Both the position numbers and the translations under genes were made by a program. Below are positions 1-12,052 of a DNA stretch of 64,000 nt, in pieces. This DNA is from Octopus sinensis (Eukaryota). How positions within the stretch are numbered: the first letter of the stretch is position 1; each line of letters opens with the position of its first letter. The notes under the pieces were generated by a model. That model saw only the letters and a list, made by a program, of their open reading frames with translations, was not told the origin of the DNA and did no database searches. The stretch is taken from contig NC_043000.1 of NCBI RefSeq assembly GCF_006345805.1, positions 129,208,001-129,272,000 of the forward strand, read 5' to 3'.

Positions 1-149
1 TTCAATCTTAAGGAAGTCTTGCAGATTTTTATTGTTTCAGATATCGTGATCATTTGTAGTTTATGAATTAAGGATTTGCGTTCTCCGCCGCCGAACTCAA
101 GTTCAGCCATACTTTGTTTCATCTTGGTTTCTGGATTTGCAAACTCTTT

Positions 150-990
150 ATCAATGATCTCTTGCATTTTTGTAACCACTTTGGTGTCCAGGGGGCAGCT
201 GATTTCCACAACAGAACATATCTTTTCTTTGTGGTCCCACACAACAATATCTGGCCGGTTGTTTTAACTTGGTGACTGTTTCATTTTTAAGTTCCATCAA
301 TATTCCTGAGACACATCGGCTTCAGTGTGGCCCACTTCGTCTGTAGGTGTTTTATTTTTTGTTACCTTGTTCCAGACTTTTCTGACCACCGCATCATGCT
401 TCATGGGAAGATAAATCTGGAAGACATTCTCTCTCACAGTTGGCAATAATGTGGTTGCTGTCTTCAATCTTGGTCTTGCACAGCCTACATTTGCTGTCAG
501 TCGATGTTTTCTACATATAGGCAGTAAGTACTTTATGGGGATCTCTTGTTCTTGAATTGCATAGAGGTAGACTTTGAAGTGGAACACCATGCAAAACTTT
601 TGACATAATCAATCTTGTCTCTGGTTTGCGTTTTTCATCTCAAGTACCCATGTATCATCTTCTCAGTGGACTAGTCCATTTTTTGCATTTTGTTCTTCTG
701 ATAGACAGGTTTTACCAATGCTCCTTAGAGAGAGATCTGTATCAGTTCTTATTTTATACCTTCATGTCATTAGCTATCCGAATTATGTTATTGATTTCAG
801 GGTCAAAATCTTGGACAAAATGGTTACTGGTTTCTTTCCTCTGCTGCATATGTTGTTTCAATGTTACAGCATGTTCTTTATACGACATCAATACAGGTCT
901 GAGACCCCTACGTGAGAAGTATAGCCTTCTACAGCTCCATTGATGCTGGAGTTTCCTGTAACATTGAGCAGCTTGCGTGTTCGAACATCT
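150..990 (-). pseudogene. Decayed RLE-type non-LTR retrotransposon (R4/Dong-like), C-terminal part
   Basis: Minus-strand frames joined across frameshifts give RTRKLL..LYFSRRG (post-RT), YLYAIQEQEI, the zinc knuckle KCRLCKTKIEDSNHIIANC, KHDAVV (RHD-like) and NNRPDIVVWDHKEKICSVVEISCPLD (PD-(D/E)xK endonuclease). Confidence 0.75.
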
Positions 991-1305
991 ATATCACTGT
1001 ATGTATGTATATCTCTTCTGTATTTAGTCATTTAAATTCTTCCTATGAAGGAGCTGGTTTCTAGCAAAGATACAAAGCTCCGTCTTTGGAATGTAGATAA
1101 CGAAAATAATGTCACATTTTAAACCTGGGAAAAGTCTTGCATAGCTTAACTGTTCCACTTAAAGATTGTATTTATAATGTGCGAATCGGTTGATTTCTTT
1201 TTCTGAAATCCAAGCTTATCTAGACTGACAGCTAATCATTTATTTACAAAACCAATTGCTCCAATTATTATTGGTATAAACGTAAATTTGTAATCCGGAT
1301 ATAGA

Positions 1306-1307
<2 letters not shown>

Positions 1308-1336
<29 letters not shown>

Positions 1337-1374
1337 TGTATGTATGTATGTATGTATGTATGTATGTATGTATG
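1308..1374. repeat. (TATG)n microsatellite
   Basis: Perfect tetranucleotide run; source of several spurious ORFs. Confidence 0.95.
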
Positions 1375-1376
1375 AA

Positions 1377-1500
1377 GGCGCATGGCTTAGTGGTTATGGT
1401 GTTGCACACACGATTGCGAGATCGTGGGTTCGATTCCAAGTCCAGACGTTGCGTTGTGTTCTTGAGCAAAGCACTTCATTTCACGTTGCTCTGCAATCAT
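1377..1500 (+). mobile_element. tRNA-derived SINE head (family D)
   Basis: Box A TGGCTTAGTGG and box B GGTTCGATTCC, then gttgtgttcttgagcaaagcacttcatttcacgttgctc. Diverged copies at about 3865-3995 and 11757-11880. Confidence 0.75.
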
Positions 1501-2326
1501 TTCGTCATCTGACGTGTGTCACACGGTACAGGTAATGTCGATTTGATGACGAGAATGAGCTTATGTGTACACAAACATTTGATCACTATAAATAAATATT
1601 CTGTGTGGTTGTTTGGAAATTTCTTGCTGGACCTTCATACGTCGTCTAAAGACGGGAGAGTCCGCGATGTACGTATGTTTCACTCCACTCACAAGGCTTT
1701 TGTCGGCCGGGGGATTATAGCAGAAGATAGCTCGCCCAAGGACTGAACCCCGAACCATGAAGTTGGGAAACGAACTTCTGGCACAGTCATGCCTTCACCT
1801 ACACTTGGCTATTTTCTGTTATACATTCACACTTAAAAAATTTTAAGTGCATGTTGTTTTTATACGCTAGTGTGGTGAGTTGTAATAATTTTATGTAAGC
1901 GCTATCATATTATGATTACAATAGAAGTTGTTGAGTCCTCACCGGGTATTGCATTTACTACTTGCTACTTCTGCTATAAATAACGGTTTCATAAACTGCA
2001 GTTTCTGACAGTCTGGTAGCAGATGTTAATGGACTTTTGAATGTATTAAAGCCTGAAGTAAATTAACTTACATTTAGAGTTATTTGCATTTATCGGGGAC
2101 ACACACACAATTTTTCAGTATAAAGATGCTGTTTACAACAAAAGTGAAACGCCGCTTTTGCGAATGTTATTCTCATAAACCGTTCAACATTTAGAAGTCT
2201 CGACAGGGCGACAGAACGACTATCAGAAAATCTACGAAGATGGAAGTTTCTTCAAGACATCGTCTTTTATAGGTGCTTTCAATATTTCCTTTCCAAGCTT
2301 ACACGTTAAAAAAGAAAAGCATTTAT

Positions 2327-2583
2327 TACTCTTTTACTTGTTTCAGCCATTTGACTGTGGCCATGCTGGAGCACTGCCTTTAGTCGAGCAAATCGACCCC
2401 AGGACTTATTCTTTGTAAGCCTAGTAATTATTCTATTGGTCTATTTTGCCGAACCGCTAAGTTACGACACCACCATCGGTTGTCAAGCGATGTTGGGGGG
2501 ACAAACACAGACACACAAACATATACACACTCATACATACATACATACATATATACATACATACATACATGCATACATATACA

Positions 2584-2619
<36 letters not shown>

Positions 2620-2784
2620 TACGACGGGCTTCTTTCAATTTCCGTCTACCAAATTCACTCACAAGGCTTTGGTCGGCCCGAAGCTTTAGTAGAAGATACT
2701 TGCCCAAGGTGCTACGCAGTGGGACTGAACCCGGAACCATGTGGTTCGTAAGCAAGCTACTTACCACACAGCCACTCCTACGCC
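2327..2784 (-). mobile_element. SINE family A (bipartite, tRNA/CORE-like head, internal microsatellite)
   Basis: Head ggagtggctgtgtggtaagtagcttg...gggttcagtcccactgcg.gcaccttgggcaag, central (TACA)n, tail ccagcatggccacagtcaaatggctgaaacaagtaaaagag. About 25 full or partial copies in the window. Confidence 0.9.
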
Positions 2785-2799
2785 AATGTTTATCTTGAA

Positions 2800-3620
2800 A
2801 TATTGGTTTCAAATGCCAGCAACTTTTGGAAAGCGCGTAAGTCGATTCATCGACCCCAGTACTCGACTGGTACTTATTTTACCGACACTGAAAATAGAAA
2901 AGGCAAAGTCGTCCTCGGCAGAATTTGAACTCAGAACGTAAAGACGGATGAAAGGCCGTCAAGCATTTTGCTCAGCTGTCCTACCAGCTCACCGCCTTCA
3001 TTGATGTTAAATATACTGGTTTCAAATTTTGGCACAAGGCCAGCAAGTTCGGGGAGTGGGTAAGTCAATTACATCAACCCCATTGTCCAATTAGTAGCAA
3101 AGTCGACCTCGGCGGAATTTGAACTCAGAACACGAAGACGGACAAAATGCCGCTAAGCATTTAACTCGGCGTGCTAACGATTCTGCCTGCTAGCCGCCTT
3201 ATCATTGACGTTAAAATATTCTTTTCTGTTCTAGGCACAAGGCCCGAAATTTTGGGGGAGGAAGCCAGTCAATTAGATGGACCTCAGTACGTAACTGGAA
3301 CTTAATTTATCGACCCCGAAAGGATAAAAAGCAAAGTTGACCTCGGAGGAATTTGAACTCAGAACGTAGCGGCAGACGAAATACCTATTTCTTTACTACC
3401 CACAAGGAGCTAAACACAGAGGGAACTAACAAGGACAGACAAACGGATTAAATCGATTATATCGACCCCCAGTGCGTAATTGGTACTTATTTAATCGACC
3501 CCGAAAGGATGAAAGGCAAAGTCGACCTCGGCGGAATTTGAACTCAGAACGTAGCGGCAGACGAAATACCACTAAGCATTTCGCCCGGCGTGCTAACGTT
3601 TCTGCCAGCTCGCCGCCTTA
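2800..3620 (-). mobile_element. Run of SINE family B copies (tRNA-derived)
   Basis: Repeats of the reverse complement of ggcggcgagctggcagaaacgttagcacgcc...gttctgagttcaaattccgccgaggtcgactttgcctttcatcctttcggggtcgat. Further copies at about 4850-5035(-), 5585-5760(+), 14874-15090(+), 51905-52115(+), 57770-57930(-). Confidence 0.9.
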
Positions 3621-4173
3621 AAATATTGAACATAAATATATTTCAGATGTAGAGATATATTATAAAGCTATCCCCACCATCCTGCATTGTTCACTCTTAA
3701 AATTATCGTTTTGTACTGGAACAAAATAACTCTGCTGTTATGAAGTAATGTCTATTTAATAGACAATTCAAATGGCCGAGTAGATTAATACTGGACAATC
3801 AGGTAAAAGATTGGCGGTTCACGCTCTGTCAACAAATATTGCCTTGTAGTCAAATTCGTATGAGAAGATGTGTGGTCTAGTATTTAGGATGTTGTACCTA
3901 CGATCTTACGATTGTGATTTCGATTTCCGGATCGCGTAGTGAATTGTGTTCTTCAGCAAAATATTTTATGTTGTTCCAGTTAATCCTGCTGCAAATGCGA
4001 CGAACCAGCGTCCTGTTCAATGGGGATGATGGGGAAGTATTGTAATCTTAGTCATACGTCATGGAAACCAAGTTAAAATCCGGCTTAATGAGTCTTAGAG
4101 CTCATGACAAAGCTACGCGTTTCTCATAAAGGTGAACGCTGTGAAGATTGAAACGTAGGTGGACAAATTGCCG

Positions 4174-4330
4174 TCTATAGTAATAAAAGCGAAATTCTGT
4201 CTGTCCGTCTGGGATCCCTGTATCTCAGCCTACATTTGCCCTACATAGACATATTATACATTTTTGGAATCAGGATGATCCCTGGATTGAAAATCTTCCC
4301 CTCACTTGGTTCTTGAACATCCAGCATTGG
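4174..4330 (+). mobile_element. Possible Helitron/Helentron-like 5' end
   Basis: TCTATAGTAATAAAAG..ATTCTGTCTGTCCGTCTG, similar to 49527; no convincing 3' hairpin-CTRR end. Confidence 0.35.
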
Positions 4331-6756
4331 AATCTGATTTAAAGCAGTTGGTTTGATATTTGTTGCAGGTAAACTTGGCTAAATCACGCCATCTTGGTTG
4401 GCGTTTGTCAGATGATGTCGGAGATCAAGGGGGAGATAAATGACTTTCGCTTCGTTAATTTTACATCGAGATAAGAACTTTGATTTCAACTTGAAAGTTG
4501 AATTCCAACAGTTGGAATTCAACTTGGAACTGGAACAATAGAATGATTGCATTACAGAATAAATTTTCATCCGTCCTTAACCTTTGATAAAACACCACCA
4601 GGGCTTATAGTCATTGTAGACGTATTATAGTCATGCTATTGAGCTCTCATTAGTCTTGGGCTGCAGGTCCAATTAGCCCTCCGCAGAGCTAGCTTTAAAT
4701 TCCACACGGAGTGCGGCTTTTAAGCTAGTGGTTAATAAAATTAAGATGATTGTTAAAATTTAAATTTTGTCCAAGATCATAGCGAAGAAAGAATAATTTT
4801 TTCTGAAGCAGTGGATCTCGAAGTGTACAAAGCTATAAATAATAGCATGTAAATATCGATTTCAAATTTTGGCACAAGGCCAGCAACTTCGGGAGTACTT
4901 ATTTTATCGACTCCGAAAGGATGAAAGACAAAGAAGACCTTGGCGGTATCTGAACTCAGAACGTAAAGATGGATGAAATATCGCTGAGCATTTTGCGCGG
5001 CGTGCTAACGATTTTGTCAGCTCACCACCTTAATAGCATGCAAAATATTGGGTGGAAAAACCCTTTTGAATGAAAAGAAAAAATATAGAAGGTTCTCATA
5101 TCTACAATAGACGCGGGTTCGTGTCCCACCCGCAGCATTCGATATTTTGTACTCAAAACGGTCTTTCAATACAATATTTACATGCTATTATCTATAGCTT
5201 TATATGCTTCGAAATCCACTATTCCCGCCCCCAAAATTATTTCTCCTTCTCTCGAAAGCTTATAACTTCTTATGATGTCATGAAGAAAGAATATTTTTAT
5301 GATTGCTAACAATATTTTGTTTTTTCATTTTTAAAAGGCACAGGGCGGAGCAAAAGTTTTCACCAAATATTTTGAAGGAAACTGGTATTTGTCACTTTAA
5401 GAACCGGTGCCATAGAAAATAAACAACAAGCCGGTCCTAACGGCGAGAGTACTCTCGAAACGACGAGTTGCCCATTAGTTTGGAGTGTCGAATTTAATTC
5501 TTGTTGCGGGTATAATTTGAAGAAGAATGACACTCCGTCATATTGAAACACGAGCCAACGGGTAAACCTTTACTTTCGCCGTTCGGTATTTCGTCTGTCG
5601 TTTCGTTCTGAGTTCAAATTCCGCCGAGGTCGACTTTGCCTTTCATCCTTTCGGGGTCGATAAATTAAGTACCAATTATGCACTGGGGTCGATGTAATCG
5701 ACTTAATCCGTTTGTCTGTCCTTATTAGTCCCTTCTATGTTTAGCCCCTTGTGGGCAATAACGAAAAAACGAAACAGAATAACGTAGTCATAGATAAACA
5801 GTACCTGAAAAAAAAAAGATGGAACAATCATGGTAGGAACACTTGCAGGCCTGCTTGGTGAAGGAGATATGATGTAAATAACGAGCAAAACCTACTAGAA
5901 ATAGCTACAAACTCCCTCTACCATTTAAAAAAAAAACATGAGGAGACACACTCCCTAAAAAAAAATGAGATAGTCACGGGTGGAATATTTGCTCAGTCAG
6001 CCAAACATTTGTAGCAAGCATGTTCACTCTTTACCTTTAGGTACCTACATTTTGGCTCATCGCGTGATGGTTGAGTCCATCTAGCTTTGCGCGGACTGTC
6101 CATCCCTTAATGCTATTGACCAGTCAAGCGCGCCAACACCAGCTGTTTAGGGAAGCTTTTCTCGCTATTCCTCAGTGAGGTGGTTGCCACGAGTAAGTTC
6201 GGATCTTCGGCATAGAGCAAGTTTTATTCCGCTATGGAGAGAATTGTTAGATTTTCTTGTCATGCATTGTGTTTTCCTGCGCACCTCATCATGAACAAGA
6301 AGCACAGTGAACCTATTGTATTTTAATTATCAGAAGTATCTATGTATACCAGTTGCTGTATTTTCATTTAGCGGTGAAATAAATGTGGCTGTCAACTTTA
6401 ACTTGTCTTCATATTTCTTGATGGTTTTATCATGGCTCTCATTAACCCAGAAGATTATATTACCAGGGCATTAGCCACATTACACTATTTCCATTACGCT
6501 AAACATTGATTGAAGGCTCACTCAATATATTAAGTATCACAGTTTTTATACGGAAAAGATTTACAATGAAACTTCGAAAACACTGTCAATCATTCTTTCA
6601 TAGAAAAATCAATATATTCGAAGGGTAAAAAACATCAGAAGATATTCCATGACCATATTGATAGATTTAAAACATGATATGAAGTTACTGCGAGAAAAAC
6701 TTGATAAAAATATTGGAAACATAAGAACACTTCCTTCACTCAAACATAAATTATGA

Positions 6757-7080
6757 CTATATGAGTGGATTTGGTAGACGGAAACTGAAAGAAGCCCATC
6801 ATATATATATATATTATATATATATATATAATATATATATATACAAAATTTAGAGGATTGACCACTAAAAGTGGACAGCTTGTACTCTAGATATAGACGT
6901 CAAAATTGCCATTTTCCACGGAGAAAATGGCGATTTTGACGTCTATATCTAGCATACAGGCTGTCCACTTTTAGTGGTCAATCCTCTAATTTTGTAAGTA
7001 AAAAAAATTAATCTTCGGATTATTTAAATATACTAGGCCACTGGTTTAACTGATAATATCAATTTCTACCCTTATTTAAT

Positions 7081-7143
<63 letters not shown>

Positions 7144-7195
7144 TATGTATATATATATATATATGCATATATGTATATATATATATATATATGCA

Positions 7196-7233
<38 letters not shown>

Positions 7234-7349
7234 TATATGTATATATATATATATGCATATATGTATATATATATATATGCATATATGTATATATATATAT
7301 ATATGCATATATGTATATATATGCATATATGTATATATATATATATGCA

Positions 7350-7396
<47 letters not shown>

Positions 7397-7660
7397 TATA
7401 TATATATTATATATATATATATATGGTGGGGTGTCTTCGTATCTGTGTCTGTCCCACACTACAAATTGACAACTAGTGCTAGGTGTTGGTGTGTTTATAT
7501 CCCCGTAACTTAGTGATTCGGCAAAACAGACCGATAGAATAAAGTATCAGGCTTAACAAAAAATAAATCCTGGAATCGATTCGTTCGACTAAAAATTCTT
7601 TAAAGCGGTACCCCAGCATGGGCGATGTATAATGACTGAAACAAGTAAAAAGATATATAT
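6757..7660 (+). mobile_element. SINE A copy split by insertions in its central microsatellite
   Basis: End of the 5' half at about 6757-6800 and 3' half at about 7425-7660, with a fold-back element and about 350 bp of (TA)n/(TATGCA) between. Confidence 0.7.
6842..6996. repeat. 155-bp fold-back (inverted repeat) next to (TA)n
   Basis: Arms of about 74 bp (tacaaaatttagaggattgaccactaaaagtggacag...gccatttt / aaaatggc...taattttgta) with few mismatches, around ccacggag. Confidence 0.92.
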
Positions 7661-8374
7661 CAGACCAGCTAGAAAAAGAAGTATACCGTTCTAGCAATGT
7701 TTACATTAATGTAGGTTATTCCTTATCTATTGCAACTTTTCATGGCATAGAAAAGGTTAAGAGTCAAGTGGAAAACACATAGATCTGCGTTCCACCTTGA
7801 CAGAACAATAGGCCGTATGGCTAGAGAGAATTTCTAGATTCAATTTCGAATCTCAGATAGGACTAAACGAGGTCTAAGCATGGTCTTTCTTTCTTGGCGT
7901 GACTGCCGGCCGCGAAGCATCTCTTATATTCGTGTCTCATAACTTTCATCTCTTATGTTCCTCTATGTTCCAGCCTCAAGGCTTTCACTCCATACACACC
8001 AGCTTAATTTGATTCGTCTATATTAGCTGAAAAACACTTGTTATTTTCTTGATTGTATTCGTAATTGTGTAACATTTTCTCCGTTTTTTTTTGTCTTTGT
8101 TGTCGTACACATTCGCTTGCTTTCTTTCAAAATATTTAATGCTCTTAGTTTAGATTTTTGGGGCCAGCCAGATTTGAACAGTCTCAAGTGAAACCGGTCG
8201 AAACTGTAAGGACAATCTGGAAACTTGACTGAGGAGAGAAGGCCACGAATGACCCGTCCCTGTTTCCTCCTGCCTGTCTTTTTGTCGTTTTTCCTGTTGT
8301 CCGTCTTTGTATTTTGTTCTTGTTCCATTTTTTGTATAATATATATATATATATATATGGCCGCTAAATCTTCC

Positions 8375-8534
8375 AGTCATTTTATTCTAATCTCTGTTTA
8401 TTTTCTCGTATTTCTTTCTGTTGAAGACCATAGGCTCGAAATGTAAAAGACTTTCTCACTTTCTCGAGCGTCAAACTAATGCACCTGCTTGTTGTTCATA
8501 CACCTTTCTTCGTTTTTTGTTTTTCTGTAAATTT

Positions 8535-8540
<6 letters not shown>
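8375..8540 (+). mobile_element. PLE pseudo-LTR-like repeat, family P1
   Basis: Homologous to 38685-38850(-) and 40595-40755(+); ends in (TA)n and carries a hammerhead-like motif. Confidence 0.65.
8413..8450 (+). ncRNA. Hammerhead-like motif P1, copy 1 (variant core CUGUUGA)
   Basis: tcttt CTGTTGA a gacc atag gctc GAAA tg t a aaaga; stem I tcttt/aaaga; stems II and III each carry a mismatch. Confidence 0.5.
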
Positions 8541-8578
<38 letters not shown>

Positions 8579-8581
<3 letters not shown>

Positions 8582-9405
8582 GTTGCGGTGAATAAACTGT
8601 CGTCTAAATTATGCAAAAATGAAAATAACACTGATATGTCATTTTAAAGGATGTATTTACCAAAATTACATAAAAATATCTTGAAATACTAAACCGTAAA
8701 TTTATTCCATAAAATCGCCATTGGTTTCAACCACAGCCTCCAGACGACTTCGGAATCTTCTGCAACGCTTCTGGATGGTCTCCTTGTTTAAGTTGGTGAA
8801 TGCTGCCATAATCCTTGCTTTCAGTTCAAGTTTGGTGTTACAAGGAGTTTTGTTGGTCTCTTGCTCAACTGTGCCCCTCACATAATCAAGAGGGTTGTAG
8901 ACTGGAGAGTTAGGAGGCCAGATGTTAGGGGGTGATGTGGTCGCAGAAATTGTCTGACAACTATAACTGGGTTCCCCAGCTTGTGTGGCATGGTACAGAG
9001 TCATGTGGCCAGACATAGGGTCTTCCAGCAGATACCATCTTCACCCAGGGCAGCACAACCTCCTCCAGGCACTTGATGTAGGCCTGCGTGTTGAGTCTGA
9101 GGCCCCGTAGGAAAATTAATAACGTCGCCATCACTATTGATCACGCCGAACACCATGATATTGACTGGATGTTTGATTTTTATCAGTCTCTGTATACGTG
9201 CTGTTTTTCTCGCAGACGGTGCCCAACTGACCCTACGATACTGTGTAGTCGACAAAATCAAAAACAAACAATGCGCATGCGTGAAATTAGAAATATAAAA
9301 TGGCGGCATTTTATGTTTTATATTTTCAAATTTTTTCCATTTATATTTTTAAATTGGTGCCATTTCATAGTTTTAATTTCGTGACAATTTATCTACCGCA
9401 ACCTG
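8579..9405 (-). mobile_element. Internally deleted Tc1/mariner-superfamily DD37D (maT-like) transposon
   Basis: TIRs CAGGTTGCGGTGAATAAACTGTC / GACAATTTATCTACCGCAACCTG with TA on both sides. Transposase remnants KHPVNIMVFGVINSDGDV and WPPNSPVYNPLDY..FRSRLEAVVETNGDF. Confidence 0.9.
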
Positions 9406-9424
9406 TAAATATATATATACATAT

Positions 9425-9509
<85 letters not shown>

Positions 9510-9516
9510 GTGTGTA

Positions 9517-9562
<46 letters not shown>

Positions 9563-9974
9563 TGTGTGTGTGTGTGTATGTGTGTACAAAAATTATGTCA
9601 TAGACCATTAAATCTATGGAATATCAATGATCCATGAGAGCCGCTGTCGTAGAGGCTCACTCGCTAGCTCGATAATTTTGAAGCTATAACCCTTCGAAAG
9701 ACAATTGAAAGGATATTTAATTCTACCTAATTGGGTCTCAATCAGAATCAACACATGCTCATGTTGGGGTTAGATTTGTAGATAATAAGACAATTAATTC
9801 GGATTTCTCTGATATCTATAAACAACGTCAACTATATGAGTGGGCGTTCTTCAGGCTGCAACGAATCCGAAAGTAAAACGTAAATCTACAAAACTCAAGC
9901 GAGGTCCACAATGAAGAACTACGTCTACATCTAAGACGGTGCTGCTGCTCCTACGCACACAGGTATTCTGAATC

Positions 9975-10141
9975 CAGGGCCGGCCCTAGAGTTGCTGGCG
10001 CCCTAGGCAAGTTAAACTTCAGCGTGTATAAAGTTAACGGCCGTGGAAAATTCCATGTCTATGTCACATCCTCCTTGACGTCCCCTAGCACATGGCGCCC
10101 CTAGTGACTGCTCGAGTTGCCGGTTCCTTGAGCCGGCCCTG
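9975..10141. mobile_element. hAT-type MITE, 167 bp
   Basis: TIR CAGGGCCGGC..GCCGGCCCTG; 8-bp flanks tctgaatc/cctggatc (6/8); internal ggcgccc(c)tag repeats. Confidence 0.8.
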
Positions 10142-10184
10142 CCTGGATCGCACTCAGAGATGGGCCTCTTGATTGACTGGCATT

Positions 10185-10655
10185 CACTCAATAAAGAACA
10201 CACTCCAGCCTCTGGCTCACAGGCTTGCTTTTCACCGCTCTGTCTTTTTTTATCCGAACTGTAATAGCTTTCGCTGCTCGGAGCTGGATGATTTCATACC
10301 TCCACCACTCAGGCGCCCTCGTTTCATTCGCCTCTTCCACTCTCGACACCCATTCTGCGTGCCCCTTCGGCCCCACATTAACCACTATATCCCATTCATT
10401 TCTCCCTGTTGTTGTACAAGGTATTTGTTGTGGCGGGAAACTTACTGAATGTCCTTGTATCAAGGGAGACAATGGGCAACGTTGATTGTTCATGTTTGTT
10501 GTGATGATTACATAACACTCCCAAGCATGTCAGTCCTTTGCTATCTCTTCCTTGCAGGTGCTGACCTGTAACAGTTTAAACGGCATCAACCCCACCGATC
10601 CCAAAAGGCCTGCAAGAGACATGGGCAGCACCCTTTCCTCCAAACTCAGCAAGTA
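10185..10655 (+). mobile_element. 3' fragment of a CR1/L2-group LINE
   Basis: LQPLAHRLAFHRSVFFY..CSELDDFIPPPLRRPRFIRL..SRHPFCV resembles the post-RT C-terminus of CR1-group LINEs; followed by an A-rich tail. Confidence 0.55.
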
Positions 10656-10974
10656 AAAAGGAAAAAAAAACAAACAAACAAAAGAAAAGAAAAATGTCTG
10701 GTTTGCGTAATTTTTTGCATATATTTATTCCCAACTCTCTATCACCAGAACACTAATCCCCAATTAAACCTTATTGACAACTCCATACAGTCTCTGATGA
10801 TTTCTCCAGGCGCTATTCATAACATAAAAACAGTACTCGCTTTCCTCATAAATAACCTTACACTGCAGCCAGAGGCAAATAATTTTAAATGCCATAGAAC
10901 AGACCCAAAAGAAGGGTATACTATTGATTGCAAGTCATTTAACAACACACTGCAGTACAACCCTGCAGTACATT

Positions 10975-11690
10975 TTTAGTTTCTGAATTTGGAGGAAAGG
11001 ATGCTGCCCATGTCGCTTGCAGGACTTTTGAGATTGGTGAGAAATGACGTGCTGGGGAGAAAGGGATATAGTGGTTAATGTTAGGGTAGAAGGCGGCGAG
11101 CTGGCAGAAACGTTAGCACGCCGGGCGAAATGCTTAGCAGTATTTTGTCTGCTGCTACGTTCTGAGTTCAAATTCCGCCGAGGTCGACTTTGCCTTTCAT
11201 CCTTTCGGGGTCGATAAATTAAATACCAGTTACACACTGGGGTTGATGTAATCGACTTAATCCGTGTCTGTCCTCTCTGTGTTTAGCCCCTTGTGGGTAG
11301 TAAAGAAATAGGTATTTCGTCTGCCGTTACGTTCTGAGTTCAAATTCCACCGAGGTCGACTTTGCCTTTCATCCTTTCGGGGTCGATAAATTAAGTACCA
11401 GTTACACACTGGGGTTGATGTAATCGACTTAATCCGTGTTTCTGTCCTTGTTTGTCCTCTCTGTGTGTAGCCCCTTGTGGGTAGTAAAGAAATAAGAAGG
11501 GGTTTGCAGAATAGGTGACGAGAGTGGGAGAGACGAATCAGACGAAGGTGCCTAAGTGATGGAGGTACAAAACCACCCAGCTCCGGGCAGCGAAAGCTAT
11601 TATTGTTCGGATAAAAAAAGACAGAGGGGTGACAAGCAAGCGTGTGAGCCAGGGGCTGAAGTGTGTTCGTTACTGAGTGAATTGAATATT
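10975..11690 (-). mobile_element. Second, inverted copy of the same LINE 3' fragment, split by SINE B
   Basis: Reverse complements of 11497-11690, 11046-11090 and 10975-11045 align to 10185-10368, 10370-10410 and 10590-10655. Confidence 0.75.
11092..11494 (+). mobile_element. SINE B dimer
   Basis: Two tandem bodies, agaagg on both flanks. A similar multimer lies at about 44550-45040. Confidence 0.9.
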
Positions 11691-12052
11691 CGTTATTGAG
11701 TTATTGCTGCCTCTCTCTCTTCTCTACCACAATTATTACAACAGGTTCTGTAAAAGCGCGTGTCCTAGCGGGTGTATGTTGAACTTGCGATCATGATGTT
11801 GTAGGTTCGTTTCCTGTTCCGAGCGGCTCGTGGTATCCTTGATTAAGGAACTTCATTTCTCGTTGCTTCAATTTTCTCAAATAAAGATTTATTACCCGTA
11901 CTGGTGTAGCCCCACTCCTTATCACCACCGTTCTCTCTCCCTCTAGATGTCACGTCCTGAATGTTACACTGGGTCATGGGTGGGAGGGGGTGAGAGGAGG
12001 CTCATGTCTGCTCACAACTTCATAGGCACCAAAGACAATTAGCGAAAACTTG

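Noticed and set aside
1377-1450. tRNA gene
   Set aside because: Has boxes A and B but no proper acceptor stem, and continues into a SINE body with paralogues.
5341-5560. Possible mariner-like TIR (cagggcggagcaaaagt) and 14-bp palindrome CGAGAGTACTCTCG at 5444-5457
   Set aside because: No partner TIR or TA flank found; the upstream CTAACGG is not a credible ribozyme core.
6150-6180. Minus-strand CTGAGGA-atagcga-GAAA-AGCTT-C
   Set aside because: Core and palindrome are present, but no stem I or stem II pairing and no (TA)n-anchored repeat context.
10545-10655. Apparent exon (strong acceptor cttccttgcag, donor gtaaaa)
   Set aside because: Lies in a repeat that recurs inverted at 10975-11045.
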